A stretch of DNA of 64,000 nt from an archaeon (GCA_030605415.1 JAUWIJ010000005.1:2375-66374); one strand, 5' to 3'; shown: positions 49,925 to 58,971, numbered from the stretch's first letter. Numbers and translations: made by a program. The notes: generated from the letters alone by a model not told the origin.

Positions 49925-51136
49925 ATGGTGATTAGTAAAGAGAGTGTGAAATATTCTTTGAATAATATTAAGAAAAGCAAGGCGAGAAGTGTGCTTACGA
50001 TTTTATCTATTTTTGTTGGGATTGCTACGATTTTTATTTTTGTTAGTTTTGGGTGGGGACTTTATGATTATATTGATGAGTTTACTTCGTCGTCGTCGGC
50101 AGATAAGTTGATGATTATGCCCAAGGGTGGTCTTATTCCTGGTCTGGATACGACGTTTAAACTTTTGGATGATGACGTGGAGGCGATTAAAAAAACGGCA
50201 GGGGTTTATGAGGCGACGGGAGTGCATATGGGTGTAGCTGAGGTGATACAAGGCGATTCGAAAAAATATGTATTTGTTGCAAGTTACGATCCTGACTTAC
50301 CGATGATAATGGAACTTTCTGACGTTGAGGTAGTTGAGGGACGGGCTCTTCGGGATGGCGATTCTGGGAAGGTTACTTTGGGATATAATTATATGATTAA
50401 GAATAAAATTTTCCCTAAAGCGTATTCTTTGAATAGTAAAATTAATGTGCAGGGGCAGGATCTTCGGGTCGTCGGGTTTTACGAGAAAATTGGGAACCCG
50501 CAGGATGATTCTAATATTTATGTGACGAATGATTTTGTGTCTGAGCTTTATCCGGATAAAATTATTTCTTATGGTATGATAATTGCGCGGGCGGATAAGG
50601 ATAATGTTGATGAGGTCGGTGAAAGGGTTGAGAAGAAGCTGGGGCAGTTTAGAGATTTGGACGAAGGGAAAGAGGATTTTACCGTCGAGTCTTACGCCGG
50701 CTTGTTGGAATCTTATATGATTGTTTTGGATATTATTGTCGGGTTTATTATTTTGATTGCTTTAATTTCCGTACTTGTGTCGGCGGTTAATACTGCGAAT
50801 ACTATGATTACTTCGGTGCTTGAGAGATTTAAGGAGATTGGGGTTTTGAAATCTATTGGCGCCCGGAATAGTGAAATTTTTAAGATATTTTTATTTGAGT
50901 CTGGGTTTCTTGGATTTGTCGCTGGGGTGATTGGAGTTTTGGCTGGATGGGGAATGACGATTTTTGCGGCGAATGCTTTGGATAGTTTTGGATATGGGTT
51001 TTTGAGTCCGCATTATTCCTGGGTTTTGTTTAGCGGGCTGGTTTTATTTGCAACTTTAACTGGTGCGATTTCTGGGATGATTCCAGCTTGGAGAGCGAGT
51101 AAGATTAATGCTGTTGATGCGCTTCGCTACGAGTAA
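49925..51136 (+). CDS. ABC transporter permease (second MacB/FtsX-type subunit)
   Basis: Same architecture as 48620..49840 (ERFKEIGVLKSIGAR). Confidence 0.88.
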   Translation: MVISKESVKYSLNNIKKSKARSVLTILSIFVGIATIFIFVSFGWGLYDYIDEFTSSSSADKLMIMPKGGLIPGLDTTFKLLDDDVEAIKKTAGVYEATGVHMGVAEVIQGDSKKYVFVASYDPDLPMIMELSDVEVVEGRALRDGDSGKVTLGYNYMIKNKIFPKAYSLNSKINVQGQDLRVVGFYEKIGNPQDDSNIYVTNDFVSELYPDKIISYGMIIARADKDNVDEVGERVEKKLGQFRDLDEGKEDFTVESYAGLLESYMIVLDIIVGFIILIALISVLVSAVNTANTMITSVLERFKEIGVLKSIGARNSEIFKIFLFESGFLGFVAGVIGVLAGWGMTIFAANALDSFGYGFLSPHYSWVLFSGLVLFATLTGAISGMIPAWRASKINAVDALRYE

Positions 51137-51138
51137 TC

Positions 51139-51296
51139 GACGGAACCTAAGGTTCCCTACAAGTAGCCTCCTCATATTGCGATAATCAAAATTTATTTTC
51201 TATGGAAAATAAATTTTATCTTATCGTATTTAATGCAAATTAAAATTTTTTAACGGTTCCGTCCAGAGGACACCTGAACCTAAAATTTTAATTTGC
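51139..51296 (+). other. densely structured intergenic segment (interleaved inverted repeats); candidate structured RNA or miniature element
   Basis: GACGGAACC (51139) pairs with GGTTCCGTC (51255). GCAAATTAAAATTTT (51235) pairs with AAAATTTTAATTTGC (51282). A 13-bp hairpin spans 51188-51217. Confidence 0.4.
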
Positions 51297-51454
51297 GGAC
51301 TTGTTCGGCTTGGATGGATGGATGGAGTGAGGTGTAGCAAGAAGTAAAGTGATGCAGAGTTTTAATTTTTATTTTCAGGTTGAGGGAGGGCGGTGGGACG
51401 ACCAATGTATTAGAGAGATAAGCCTACTTTTTGTTTCTGTTTTCTAAAAGAAGA

Positions 51455-52138
51455 TTATTTTCCAATTTTTAATAAAAATTCTTCTCTTGTTATTTCTTTG
51501 AGAGTTTTCAAATCAAGATAATAATTCTTTGGTTCAACTTCAACTTGCATTGATAAAGAATTTATTCTACCACAATCACATTCTATAACATAAAAATTGG
51601 ATGTGTCTGAAGTATAACTCATCAAATTACCTTCACATTTAAGAGAACATATTTCCTTTGATTCTAAATCTGTAAGAACATTTACTTTAGGATAATCTCT
51701 CTGATTAGCCAATTCTATAAATGAATTTTCTTCCTTAATAGTTTGAGAGTTTTCAGTAATGCTATTAATTTTGTTTGGAATTGAAGGATAAAATTGTAAA
51801 AATAAAACTACCAAAATTAATAATGTTATAATTAATAACCAAAAGAAACCTTTTCTATTCTGTTTTTTATATTTGTTTTTATGATAATTATCTTGGGATA
51901 AAGATTTAATAGCCCAATAAATTTTTTTGCTCTTAAAGATAAATACCAATAAAATAACCGGAATTGATATAATTAAAGCGATAGTAGAGTTATGATTAAA
52001 TCCTAATGTTCGGATGTAATTGTAAGCTAAATACAATAAAAATATTAAAGCTCCTACAACAAAGAGATAAACAATCATCTTATATTTTTCTTCTTGCTCT
52101 TCTTTTGTTATAACCCTAACCTTAAGAGATTTTGCCAT
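51455..52138 (-). CDS. hypothetical membrane protein
   Basis: Start taken at MAKSLKVRV. Three TM helices, then a Cys-containing extracytoplasmic domain. Confidence 0.45.
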   Translation of the reverse strand: MAKSLKVRVITKEEQEEKYKMIVYLFVVGALIFLLYLAYNYIRTLGFNHNSTIALIISIPVILLVFIFKSKKIYWAIKSLSQDNYHKNKYKKQNRKGFFWLLIITLLILVVLFLQFYPSIPNKINSITENSQTIKEENSFIELANQRDYPKVNVLTDLESKEICSLKCEGNLMSYTSDTSNFYVIECDCGRINSLSMQVEVEPKNYYLDLKTLKEITREEFLLKIGK

Positions 52139-52436
52139 AAAGAATAAATTAAAAAGAGGTTTATAATCATTTCGGCAAAACCGACAAATTATCCGAAAGA
52201 TTAGGAATTCCCCTATCAATGAAAAATTTGGGGGAGAAAGGCGAACCTTTTATCCTTGGTTATGCGAAATTTTAATTTCGTTGTTTTTGATTTTGTGGTC
52301 GGATAAAAGAAGTTTTTCTCTTTTGTCGAAGACAAAAGCTATTTGCTTGAAGAGCTATGGACAATCTCTCACTATCTTGAGTGAGCAAAACAATCGCCCC
52401 TAAAATAATATATGTTGCTAAAGAGTTAATTAAATA

Positions 52437-52757
52437 TTAATTTATTTCAATCCCAGTTTTGAGTGCTTCGCTTACAATGTTTAATCCGTTTTTTCTTTCC
52501 TCAAATTCCTCAGGAGTATAGCATAATAATTCTAAAGCAAAATCATTTTTCCAAAGTCGATAGCTAAGTAAAACTCTATTGCCCTGTTTTAAATTTTCAA
52601 ATTTTTTAGAGACTACGATTAAATCAAAATCGCTATCATTATGGAAATTGCCTTTCGCTCGGCTTCCAAAAAAAATAACTCTTTCAGCATTGATTTTTTT
52701 CAATTTCTTAAAATAATTTTTTATAATTTTTAAATTTTTAGCTGTTGTTTGCACCAT
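52437..52757 (-). CDS. minimal nucleotidyltransferase (MNT) of a HEPN-MNT pair
   Basis: IFFGSRAKGNFHNDSDFDLIVV motif. Confidence 0.75.
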   Translation of the reverse strand: MVQTTAKNLKIIKNYFKKLKKINAERVIFFGSRAKGNFHNDSDFDLIVVSKKFENLKQGNRVLLSYRLWKNDFALELLCYTPEEFEERKNGLNIVSEALKTGIEIN

Positions 52758-53122
52758 TTTAATATCTCCTGTGAATATTTCAAGGCGTCAATAGAACTTT
52801 CCTTGTCAAAAATCTCATTGTTTTTATCAGGATATCTTGAAAAACTTTCATATGGATTTAATAAAATTCCTTTTTCTTGAATATTTTTTGGAGCGTTTAT
52901 TCTTCTAGATAAAGAACCAAGTTCGTGCGTTTTAATAAGTCCTAATCCTTTATAGATGTGAACTGCTTTAAGTCCTTTCTCGGCAGTTTGCTGTGAGTAA
53001 AATAAGGCACCATCATACTCTCCAGCTTGAAAAAGTATTCTTGCTTTTCTTAAATCACTTTCGGCTTTTTTAATCCAAGCCACAGATTCAATTTTCCCGA
53101 TATCTCCCTTTTTGTTTTCCAT
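52730..53122 (-). CDS. HEPN-domain protein
   Basis: Helical 130-aa protein with QQTAEKGLKAVHI...HELGSL (Rx4-6H-like context); overlaps the MNT gene. Confidence 0.65.
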   Translation of the reverse strand: MENKKGDIGKIESVAWIKKAESDLRKARILFQAGEYDGALFYSQQTAEKGLKAVHIYKGLGLIKTHELGSLSRRINAPKNIQEKGILLNPYESFSRYPDKNNEIFDKESSIDALKYSQEILKWCKQQLKI

Positions 53123-53191
53123 TTTATTATGTTATTATCACTATAGATAAAATAGTATTTAATTGTTTTGGAAGTTTTTTATTGCAAAAAA

Positions 53192-54028
53192 TTATTTCTT
53201 TTTCTTCTTCGTAATTTTTTTGTAGCCGAAATAAATTATTAGCAGAACAACTAATCCTAAAAAGAAATATGTCGTTATGGAGGCTGTTGACTGGTCGGCT
53301 ATTCTGTCTGTGAAATATGAGGAGTCGAATGTGAGTGTTTTTTCGATTGTTCTTCTTGTATTTATTGCATCTGAGTAAGTTAATATTACTTTAAATTCTC
53401 CGTCGGTTGGAATTGCTTCAAATTCGGCCGAGGTGTATTCGTTTGAGTCGAGGTCTCCGACGATTATTTGGCTTGCTCCTTTAATTGTGATACCGTCTTG
53501 TTTTGGAATTTTTATACTCAGTGCCTCGACGTCTGAGGATTCGATATTTAAAATTTCTATTATTAATTCGTGAGTTTGGTAATCATAGTTTTGGACTCTG
53601 ACTTCAAAGTCGGCCCGGACGTCGTCCACTTCTATGTCGAATGTTTTTAAAATTGGTGCGTCGTAATTGTTTTGTATTCTAACTTCAATTGGGTTCGCAC
53701 CGTTCAGTGCGTCTTTGTTTATTCTGACTTTGTATGGAATTAGCAGGTTCGATTCGTAATCTTTTAGATAGTCTACTTTTTTGAAAGTTCTTAATCCCGA
53801 TTCCCCTGGGTCAAATTCTATTGGGTAGTCTGATAATAAATTGAATGTTATGTCGTCGCAGTATGGGTTATCGGTTCCTTCAATTTGGAAAACCAGTTTT
53901 ACGTAATCGCCCGGGACAGCTGGGTAGGGGTCTTGATTTAATAGTGTAACGTCGAGGTCGCATGCCGTTTCTGCCGTCGCCATTGCAATTGATAAAACCA
54001 GTAATAACATCATCACGCTTTTTTTCAT
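53192..54028 (-). CDS. secreted, C-terminally anchored cell-surface protein (S-layer-domain/CARDB-like)
   Basis: Signal peptide MKKSVMMLLLVLSIAMATA, beta-rich body, C-terminal TM followed by KKITKKKKK. Confidence 0.55.
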   Translation of the reverse strand: MKKSVMMLLLVLSIAMATAETACDLDVTLLNQDPYPAVPGDYVKLVFQIEGTDNPYCDDITFNLLSDYPIEFDPGESGLRTFKKVDYLKDYESNLLIPYKVRINKDALNGANPIEVRIQNNYDAPILKTFDIEVDDVRADFEVRVQNYDYQTHELIIEILNIESSDVEALSIKIPKQDGITIKGASQIIVGDLDSNEYTSAEFEAIPTDGEFKVILTYSDAINTRRTIEKTLTFDSSYFTDRIADQSTASITTYFFLGLVVLLIIYFGYKKITKKKKK

Positions 54029-54179
54029 AGTATATATTATATTCTTTTATTTTTAAATACTTCTAATTTTAAAAACCGGTGATTGTTTAAATTATCTCAG
54101 AAAAATTTAAAAAGGAAACTTGGCAGAAATGTGAGATGGTTCTCAAAGAGTACCATAAATAAAAAAGGTGATTAATTAA

Positions 54180-54341
54180 ATGGCAAAAAAATGTATTTAT
54201 TGTTCTGTGGAAATTGATTCTGGTTCGGTTGTTGACATATGCCAGCGTTGTATGTATCAGGTTTGGGGTGAGAAGATGACGAAGGCGATTGTCGAGGGAA
54301 TGGAGAAAGAGAGGGACACGAGCGAGGCATTTGGGACATAA
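54180..54341 (+). CDS. small zinc-ribbon protein (53 aa) whose C-terminus and stop lie in the heptamer repeat
   Basis: My translation is [53 protein letters not shown]. Below the ORF-track size cutoff. Confidence 0.45.
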   Translation: MAKKCIYCSVEIDSGSVVDICQRCMYQVWGEKMTKAIVEGMEKERDTSEAFGT

Positions 54342-54480
54342 GCGAGGGATTTGGTATTTGGGATTTGGGATTCGTGGGGAACGGGAGCGGGGACAGGGGA
54401 GCGAGGTATTTGGCATTTGGGATTTGGAATTCGTGGGAACGGGGAAACTGAGGAAGGGGGAAGTTGGTAGTGGGGTTGAT
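54300..54480. repeat. mosaic repeat with GGTATTT/GGGATTT heptamers
   Basis: GAGGGACACGAGCGAGGCATTTGGGA and GGTATTTGGGATTTGGGATTCGTGGGG parallel 2255-2320. Confidence 0.85.
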
Positions 54481-54548
54481 TCTGAGAACATTGTTGATTG
54501 TTCTGAAGTTGGAGATGCAGAGAAATTTTGCGTATAAATTTCGGCGAA

Positions 54549-54563
54549 AAAGTTTATAAAGGG
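54549..54563 (+). promoter_or_regulatory. TATA-box-like AAAGTTTATAAAGGG, candidate promoter of the L21e cluster
   Basis: Motif and downstream T-rich segment resemble 3312-3345. Confidence 0.4.
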
Positions 54564-54734
54564 AATTTTTCTTGATTTGTTAGGATAATTATTGTCCGAG
54601 TTGTTTGCAGCGCAAGTAGTTCTGTAATCATTTGGTATAGCGAGAAAACGGGGGAGTTTCGTTTATATTAATAAAAGTTAAAATAGTAACTACAAGGGTC
54701 ACGAGAACCTTTTTTAAAAATCTCGAATTAGAAA

Positions 54735-54986
54735 ATGGCAAGACGAGGAAAGCGAGTTAGGGAAAAGGGAAAGTTGAAACTTAGTTCTTACTTTAAAAAA
54801 ATTGATGATGATGCGGATGTTGCTCTGGTAACTGATGCTGGGATTCGGGCTTCGTTTCCCAAGAGACTGAAGGGAATGAGTGGGAAAGTTTGCGGAAGTC
54901 GGGGAAAATTTAAGTTAGTAAAAATTAAAGATGGGGACAAGTTGAAGACATTTATAATTCATCCTGTTCACCTGAGAAAGTTATAA
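54735..54986 (+). CDS. rpl21e: 50S ribosomal protein L21e (eL21)
   Basis: RRGKRVREKGK start, SH3-like body, conserved L21e-RpoF-DUF655 neighbourhood. Confidence 0.88.
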   Translation: MARRGKRVREKGKLKLSSYFKKIDDDADVALVTDAGIRASFPKRLKGMSGKVCGSRGKFKLVKIKDGDKLKTFIIHPVHLRKL

Positions 54987-54987
54987 A

Positions 54988-55290
54988 ATGACGATAAAAG
55001 AAAAAACACCTATTACTATGGCAGAAGTCGTTGTCTTGGCTGAAGGCTCAGACAAAGGCAAAGCGATTAAGGATTTTATTAAGAATTTTGATACGGTGAA
55101 TATTAAGAAGGCGAGAGAGATGAAAGAAGAGTTAAAGGGTCTTGATTTGATTAAGTTGAAAGACGAGAATATTGTGAAAATTGTAGATTTTATTCCGACT
55201 GATGTTTCCGAATTAAATAAAATTCTTGTTGGAGTTTCTCTTGATCAGGACGAAGTAAATAAAATTTTAGATGTTACTAAAAAATATTAA
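54988..55290 (+). CDS. rpoF: DNA-directed RNA polymerase subunit F (Rpo4)
   Basis: 100-aa helical protein in the conserved position after L21e. Confidence 0.7.
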   Translation: MTIKEKTPITMAEVVVLAEGSDKGKAIKDFIKNFDTVNIKKAREMKEELKGLDLIKLKDENIVKIVDFIPTDVSELNKILVGVSLDQDEVNKILDVTKKY

Positions 55291-55292
55291 CT

Positions 55293-55402
55293 ATGGCTAA
55301 AGTAATATTTTCAATATTTCATAAATCCATTTTTAGGAGATTGAAAAATGGCTAAAGTAACATTAGAAATGTTTCATGAATCCATTTTTAGGAGATTGAA
55401 AA
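55293..55402 (+). repeat. two tandem 55-nt copies of the DUF655 gene's leader plus start codon, each an upstream mini-ORF
   Basis: The units ATGGCTAAAGTAAT...TAGGAGATTGAAAA (55293) and ATGGCTAAAGTAAC...TAGGAGATTGAAAA (55348) differ at 6 of 55 positions. The gene itself starts ATGGCTAAAGAAG at 55403. Confidence 0.85.
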
Positions 55403-55939
55403 ATGGCTAAAGAAGAGAATGCGGTTATATTGGATTTTTTGCCTTATGGCTATCCGTTGGAAAATAAAAGAATGCCTATGGCTCAAGCTATCGGAACTAT
55501 CGGACTTACTTTGCTTCAACTTGTTCCTCGACGAGGAGAAAGGTTTGAAGTTGGAGAGGTTGTTTATATTGGTGATGGGAAGCGAGAGAAGGTTCAATAT
55601 ATTCTTGGACGATGTCCGAGGGAAAAGTTAACTGAGGCGGCGAAGCGTGAGATGGAAGAGTTTGTTAAGAATGCGGTCGAAAAAGATGAGCAAAAATTTG
55701 TTAAGTTTTTTAATGAGGCGCAAGCTATAAATACTCGACTTCATCAATTTGAATTGTTGCCTGGACTTGGAAAGAAACATACGAGAGCGATTCTTGCGGC
55801 GAGAAAAGAAAAGGATTTCGAGTCATTTGATGATATCAAAAAGCGAATTCCCAATATACCCTCTCCGGAGAAGCTTATTGAAAAAAGAATTATGGAAGAG
55901 TTGACAGAAATACAGAGACATAATTTGTTTATTTTGTAA
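55403..55939 (+). CDS. DUF655-family nucleic-acid-binding protein (OB + helix-hairpin-helix)
   Basis: AVILDFLPYGYP start, LHQFELLPGLGKKHTRAIL HhH motif, conserved neighbourhood with rpoF. Confidence 0.75.
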   Translation: MAKEENAVILDFLPYGYPLENKRMPMAQAIGTIGLTLLQLVPRRGERFEVGEVVYIGDGKREKVQYILGRCPREKLTEAAKREMEEFVKNAVEKDEQKFVKFFNEAQAINTRLHQFELLPGLGKKHTRAILAARKEKDFESFDDIKKRIPNIPSPEKLIEKRIMEELTEIQRHNLFIL

Positions 55940-55946
55940 TATTAAA

Positions 55947-56423
55947 ATGGAAAAAATAAAGAAAAAATACAACAAGGAAGAACAAAACGACGTTACATTA
56001 GTGAGGGTGTTGGGAAAGGATATCCGAGGAGATACTAAGGTTGGTCAAGCACTTACTAAGATTAGCGGAATTTCCTGGACATTTGCTAATGCTATTTGTA
56101 AAATTTTGAAACTTGATAAGCAACAAAGAATTCAAGACGTGAACAAGGAAGAGATGGTGGTGATTGAAGAATTTATTAAGAATCCTGAGGTTCCTGGGTT
56201 TTTGAAAAATAGACAAAAAGATTTTGAGGATGGTGAGGATAAACATATTGGCGGAATGGATTTGAAGCTGAGGAAGGAGTTTGATATTAAGAGGTTGAAA
56301 AAAATCAGGTCGTATAAGGGTGTTCGACATGCGGCCAATTTACCTGTGAGGGGACAAAAAACTAAAGCAAATTTCAGGCGTAATAGGAAAAAATCTGTTG
56401 CGGCTGCTAAGAAAACGAAATAA
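55947..56423 (+). CDS. rps13: 30S ribosomal protein S13 (uS13)
   Basis: VRVLGKDIRGDTKVGQALTKISGI and YKGVRHAANLPVRGQKTK motifs. Confidence 0.93.
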   Translation: MEKIKKKYNKEEQNDVTLVRVLGKDIRGDTKVGQALTKISGISWTFANAICKILKLDKQQRIQDVNKEEMVVIEEFIKNPEVPGFLKNRQKDFEDGEDKHIGGMDLKLRKEFDIKRLKKIRSYKGVRHAANLPVRGQKTKANFRRNRKKSVAAAKKTK

Positions 56424-56424
56424 A

Positions 56425-56967
56425 ATGGGAGGCATTAAAAGAAAACGAAAATTGTTTAGTCGACCTAAAAAATTATTTGATCGGGTTAGAATGGACGAGG
56501 AGAATGTTTTGGTTAAGCGATATGGTTTGAAAAATAAGCGGGAAATATGGAAAGCAAAAACTACTGTTTCAAAACTGAGACGAAGAGCCAAGACTTTAAT
56601 TGGTAAAGATATGACTGAACAGCAAATATTTTTTGATAGGTTAAATAAAATTGGTATGAACATTACGGATGTTTCTGATGTGTTGGCTTTGACCGAGGAA
56701 AATATTTTTGAGAGGCGACTACAAACTTTCCTTTTTAAAAAGAAGTTAGCTAATACAATAAAGCAGGCGCGACAATTAATTATTCATAAGAATGTTTTGG
56801 TTGATGGCTCTGTTGTTAATATCCCTTCGTTTATTGTAACCAAAGAATTGGAAGATAAGATTGTCCTGAAAGAAAAGAGGGTTAAGAAAAAAGCTCCTGT
56901 GGAAAAGGTAATGGATGAAGAAAATAAGGAAGTAAAGGAGGAAGTTATTGAAGATGGTAAAGTATGA
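56425..56967 (+). CDS. rps4: 30S ribosomal protein S4 (uS4)
   Basis: KRYGLKNKREIWK and an S4 RNA-binding domain (QARQLIIHKNVLVDG). Start at an internal Met of the ORF track. Confidence 0.92.
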   Translation: MGGIKRKRKLFSRPKKLFDRVRMDEENVLVKRYGLKNKREIWKAKTTVSKLRRRAKTLIGKDMTEQQIFFDRLNKIGMNITDVSDVLALTEENIFERRLQTFLFKKKLANTIKQARQLIIHKNVLVDGSVVNIPSFIVTKELEDKIVLKEKRVKKKAPVEKVMDEENKEVKEEVIEDGKV

Positions 56968-57015
56968 TTCAAGAATCGTTCATGAACTATTTTATTTAAA
57001 GATAGGTTTAAAAAA

Positions 57016-57402
57016 ATGGTAAAGAATGAAGATAATGTTGGGGTTTTGAATATTTATGCGAGTTTTAATAATACGATTGCGACCGTGACTGATTTGGCTG
57101 GGAATACTATTGGGCGGATTTCTGGTGGGCAGATTACGAAGCATGACCGGATGAGGGCGAATCCTACGATTGCTATGTTTATTGCGAAGAAGGTGCATGA
57201 CGCGTGTAGGGATTATAGGATTAAAACGCTTTATGTCAGGATGAAGGGGCAAACTGGGGCGACTGGAATCGGACCTGGGGCGCATGCGATTGTTCGGACT
57301 TTGACTAAAGAGGGATTTAAAATTTTAAGTATAGTTGAGACGACTGCTGTTGCTCGTGGTGGTCCAAAAAAGAAGGGCGGAAGAAGGGGGCGGAGAGTAT
57401 GA
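57016..57402 (+). CDS. rps11: 30S ribosomal protein S11 (uS11)
   Basis: ASFNNTIATVTDLAGNTI and GPGAHAIVRTLTKEGFKI motifs. Confidence 0.95.
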   Translation: MVKNEDNVGVLNIYASFNNTIATVTDLAGNTIGRISGGQITKHDRMRANPTIAMFIAKKVHDACRDYRIKTLYVRMKGQTGATGIGPGAHAIVRTLTKEGFKILSIVETTAVARGGPKKKGGRRGRRV

Positions 57403-57508
57403 TGAAATCAGAGATTTCATCATCGGTGTTCGGACGCTTCGCTGTTCGGTGTTCGGACGCTTCGCTGTTCGGGGCTTGGCGGTTAAGTAAAGTTGGGGGA
57501 ATGAAATA
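57399..57508 (+). repeat. mosaic intercistronic element, copy E7 (core-less, two GGACGCTTCGCTGTTCGG units)
   Basis: ATGATGAAATCAGAGATTTCATCA hairpin on the S11 stop. GGTGTTCGGACGCTTCGCTGTTCGG occurs twice. GGGGCTTGGCGG tail variant. Confidence 0.88.
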
Positions 57509-57814
57509 ATGGGAGAAGAACATGTTGCGCCTTATAGTGAGAAAGTTGCTCGAGCTAATGTGAGGGAGGGAAATTTTAGAGATTATGATGGGAATGAGAT
57601 TGGGACTGTAGAAAATTTAGTTGCAGAGTTTACTGATGCTTTTTATCAAATTAATATGTGGGTAAGTGGCAGGATGGCTGGCACAAGAATCAAAGATACT
57701 GTGAATAATTATAAAGCCATAAGATACTGCTATAATCATGATACGCATGGAATGGATGATAAAATAAATGAAGAATTGAGGCATTATTCTTGCACTTTTG
57801 GTGTTAAGATATAA
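57509..57814 (+). CDS. orphan protein inserted between S11 and RpoD
   Basis: 101-aa ORF whose start overlaps the stop (TAATG) of the element-spanning frame. No family recognised. Confidence 0.45.
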   Translation: MGEEHVAPYSEKVARANVREGNFRDYDGNEIGTVENLVAEFTDAFYQINMWVSGRMAGTRIKDTVNNYKAIRYCYNHDTHGMDDKINEELRHYSCTFGVKI

Positions 57815-57844
57815 ACTTATAAACTAAAAACTGAATAAAATAAA

Positions 57845-58552
57845 ATGGAAATGATTATAAAAACGCCGGAAGAGATTAGTTTTGTTAGTGAGATGAATGT
57901 TAGTTTGGCTAATGCGATTCGAAAAAGTGTTGGGGAGGTTCCGATTTTGGCGATTGTCGAGGCTGATATTTATAAAAATGACTCTGCTCTTTACGATGAA
58001 GTTATTGCGCATAGACTTGGACTTATACCTTTGAAGAATCAAAAAATGAAGGCCAACCAGAGTGTTGAAATGAAATTAAAGGTTAAGGGGAAAGGCGAGG
58101 TGACTGAGGTTTTTGCTGGCGAACTTGGTGGTGATGTTATTTATCCTGAAGCTCCGATTGTTTTGCTTAGTGATGGACAGGAAATTGAGTTGGTTGCTCG
58201 GGCTAAAATTGGAAAAGGGATTGAACACGCGAGGTTTATGCCCGGACTTGCTTTCTATAAACATTTACCCAAGATTAAAATTTCTGGCGAGGGTGAAAAG
58301 CAGAGTGAGTTGGCTGAAATTTATCCTGAAGTTTTTGAAATGTTCGGCGAGAAGTTGAAGGTTAAAAATGCCGTGGCTTGTGATTTGGATCAGGACGACA
58401 TGGTCGACTATCCTGGCATTAGTGTTGAATTTGATAATCATTTGGTTTTCACAATTGAATCGTGGGGGCAGATTGAAGCTAAAGAAATTTTTACCGAAGC
58501 GTGTAAGGCTTTGAAGGGAAATCTTTCGGAAGTCTCTAAGGCAATTAAATAA
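57845..58552 (+). CDS. rpoD: DNA-directed RNA polymerase subunit D (Rpo3)
   Basis: ANAIRKSVGEVPILAI and DEVIAHRLGLIPLK motifs; position after S11. Confidence 0.9.
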   Translation: MEMIIKTPEEISFVSEMNVSLANAIRKSVGEVPILAIVEADIYKNDSALYDEVIAHRLGLIPLKNQKMKANQSVEMKLKVKGKGEVTEVFAGELGGDVIYPEAPIVLLSDGQEIELVARAKIGKGIEHARFMPGLAFYKHLPKIKISGEGEKQSELAEIYPEVFEMFGEKLKVKNAVACDLDQDDMVDYPGISVEFDNHLVFTIESWGQIEAKEIFTEACKALKGNLSEVSKAIK

Positions 58553-58608
58553 TTAACTAAAAGTTCTTGAGGAATTTTTAGGGAATATATTATTCCCAGT
58601 ATGAGAAA

Positions 58609-58971
58609 ATGGATATAAAAATAAGCAAAACAAAAATAGAGAAAAGAATGAAACACAAGATGAATGTTTCTTTAGTCGAGGTTATCGTAAAATTGAAAAA
58701 GACTAATCCTATTGTTGCGAAAGAGTTAGCTCGACCGAAGCGAAGATGGCCTGCGATTAATTTGAAAGATATCGATATGATTAAGGGCGATGTTTTGATT
58801 GCGGGGAAAGTTTTGAGTGCTGGTGATTTGAGTGGGGCGAAGAAAATTGTTGCGTGGTCTGCGTCGGGTAGGGCGGCTGAAAAAATTAAGGGCGCGAAGG
58901 GAACATTTATTTCGATTATTGATGAAATGAAGAAAAATCCTGAACTAAATGGTTATGATATTTTGCGATGA
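58609..58971 (+). CDS. rpl18e: 50S ribosomal protein L18e (eL18)
   Basis: Position between rpoD and L13; ARPKRRWPAINL and GKVLSAGDL motifs. Confidence 0.85.
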   Translation: MDIKISKTKIEKRMKHKMNVSLVEVIVKLKKTNPIVAKELARPKRRWPAINLKDIDMIKGDVLIAGKVLSAGDLSGAKKIVAWSASGRAAEKIKGAKGTFISIIDEMKKNPELNGYDILR

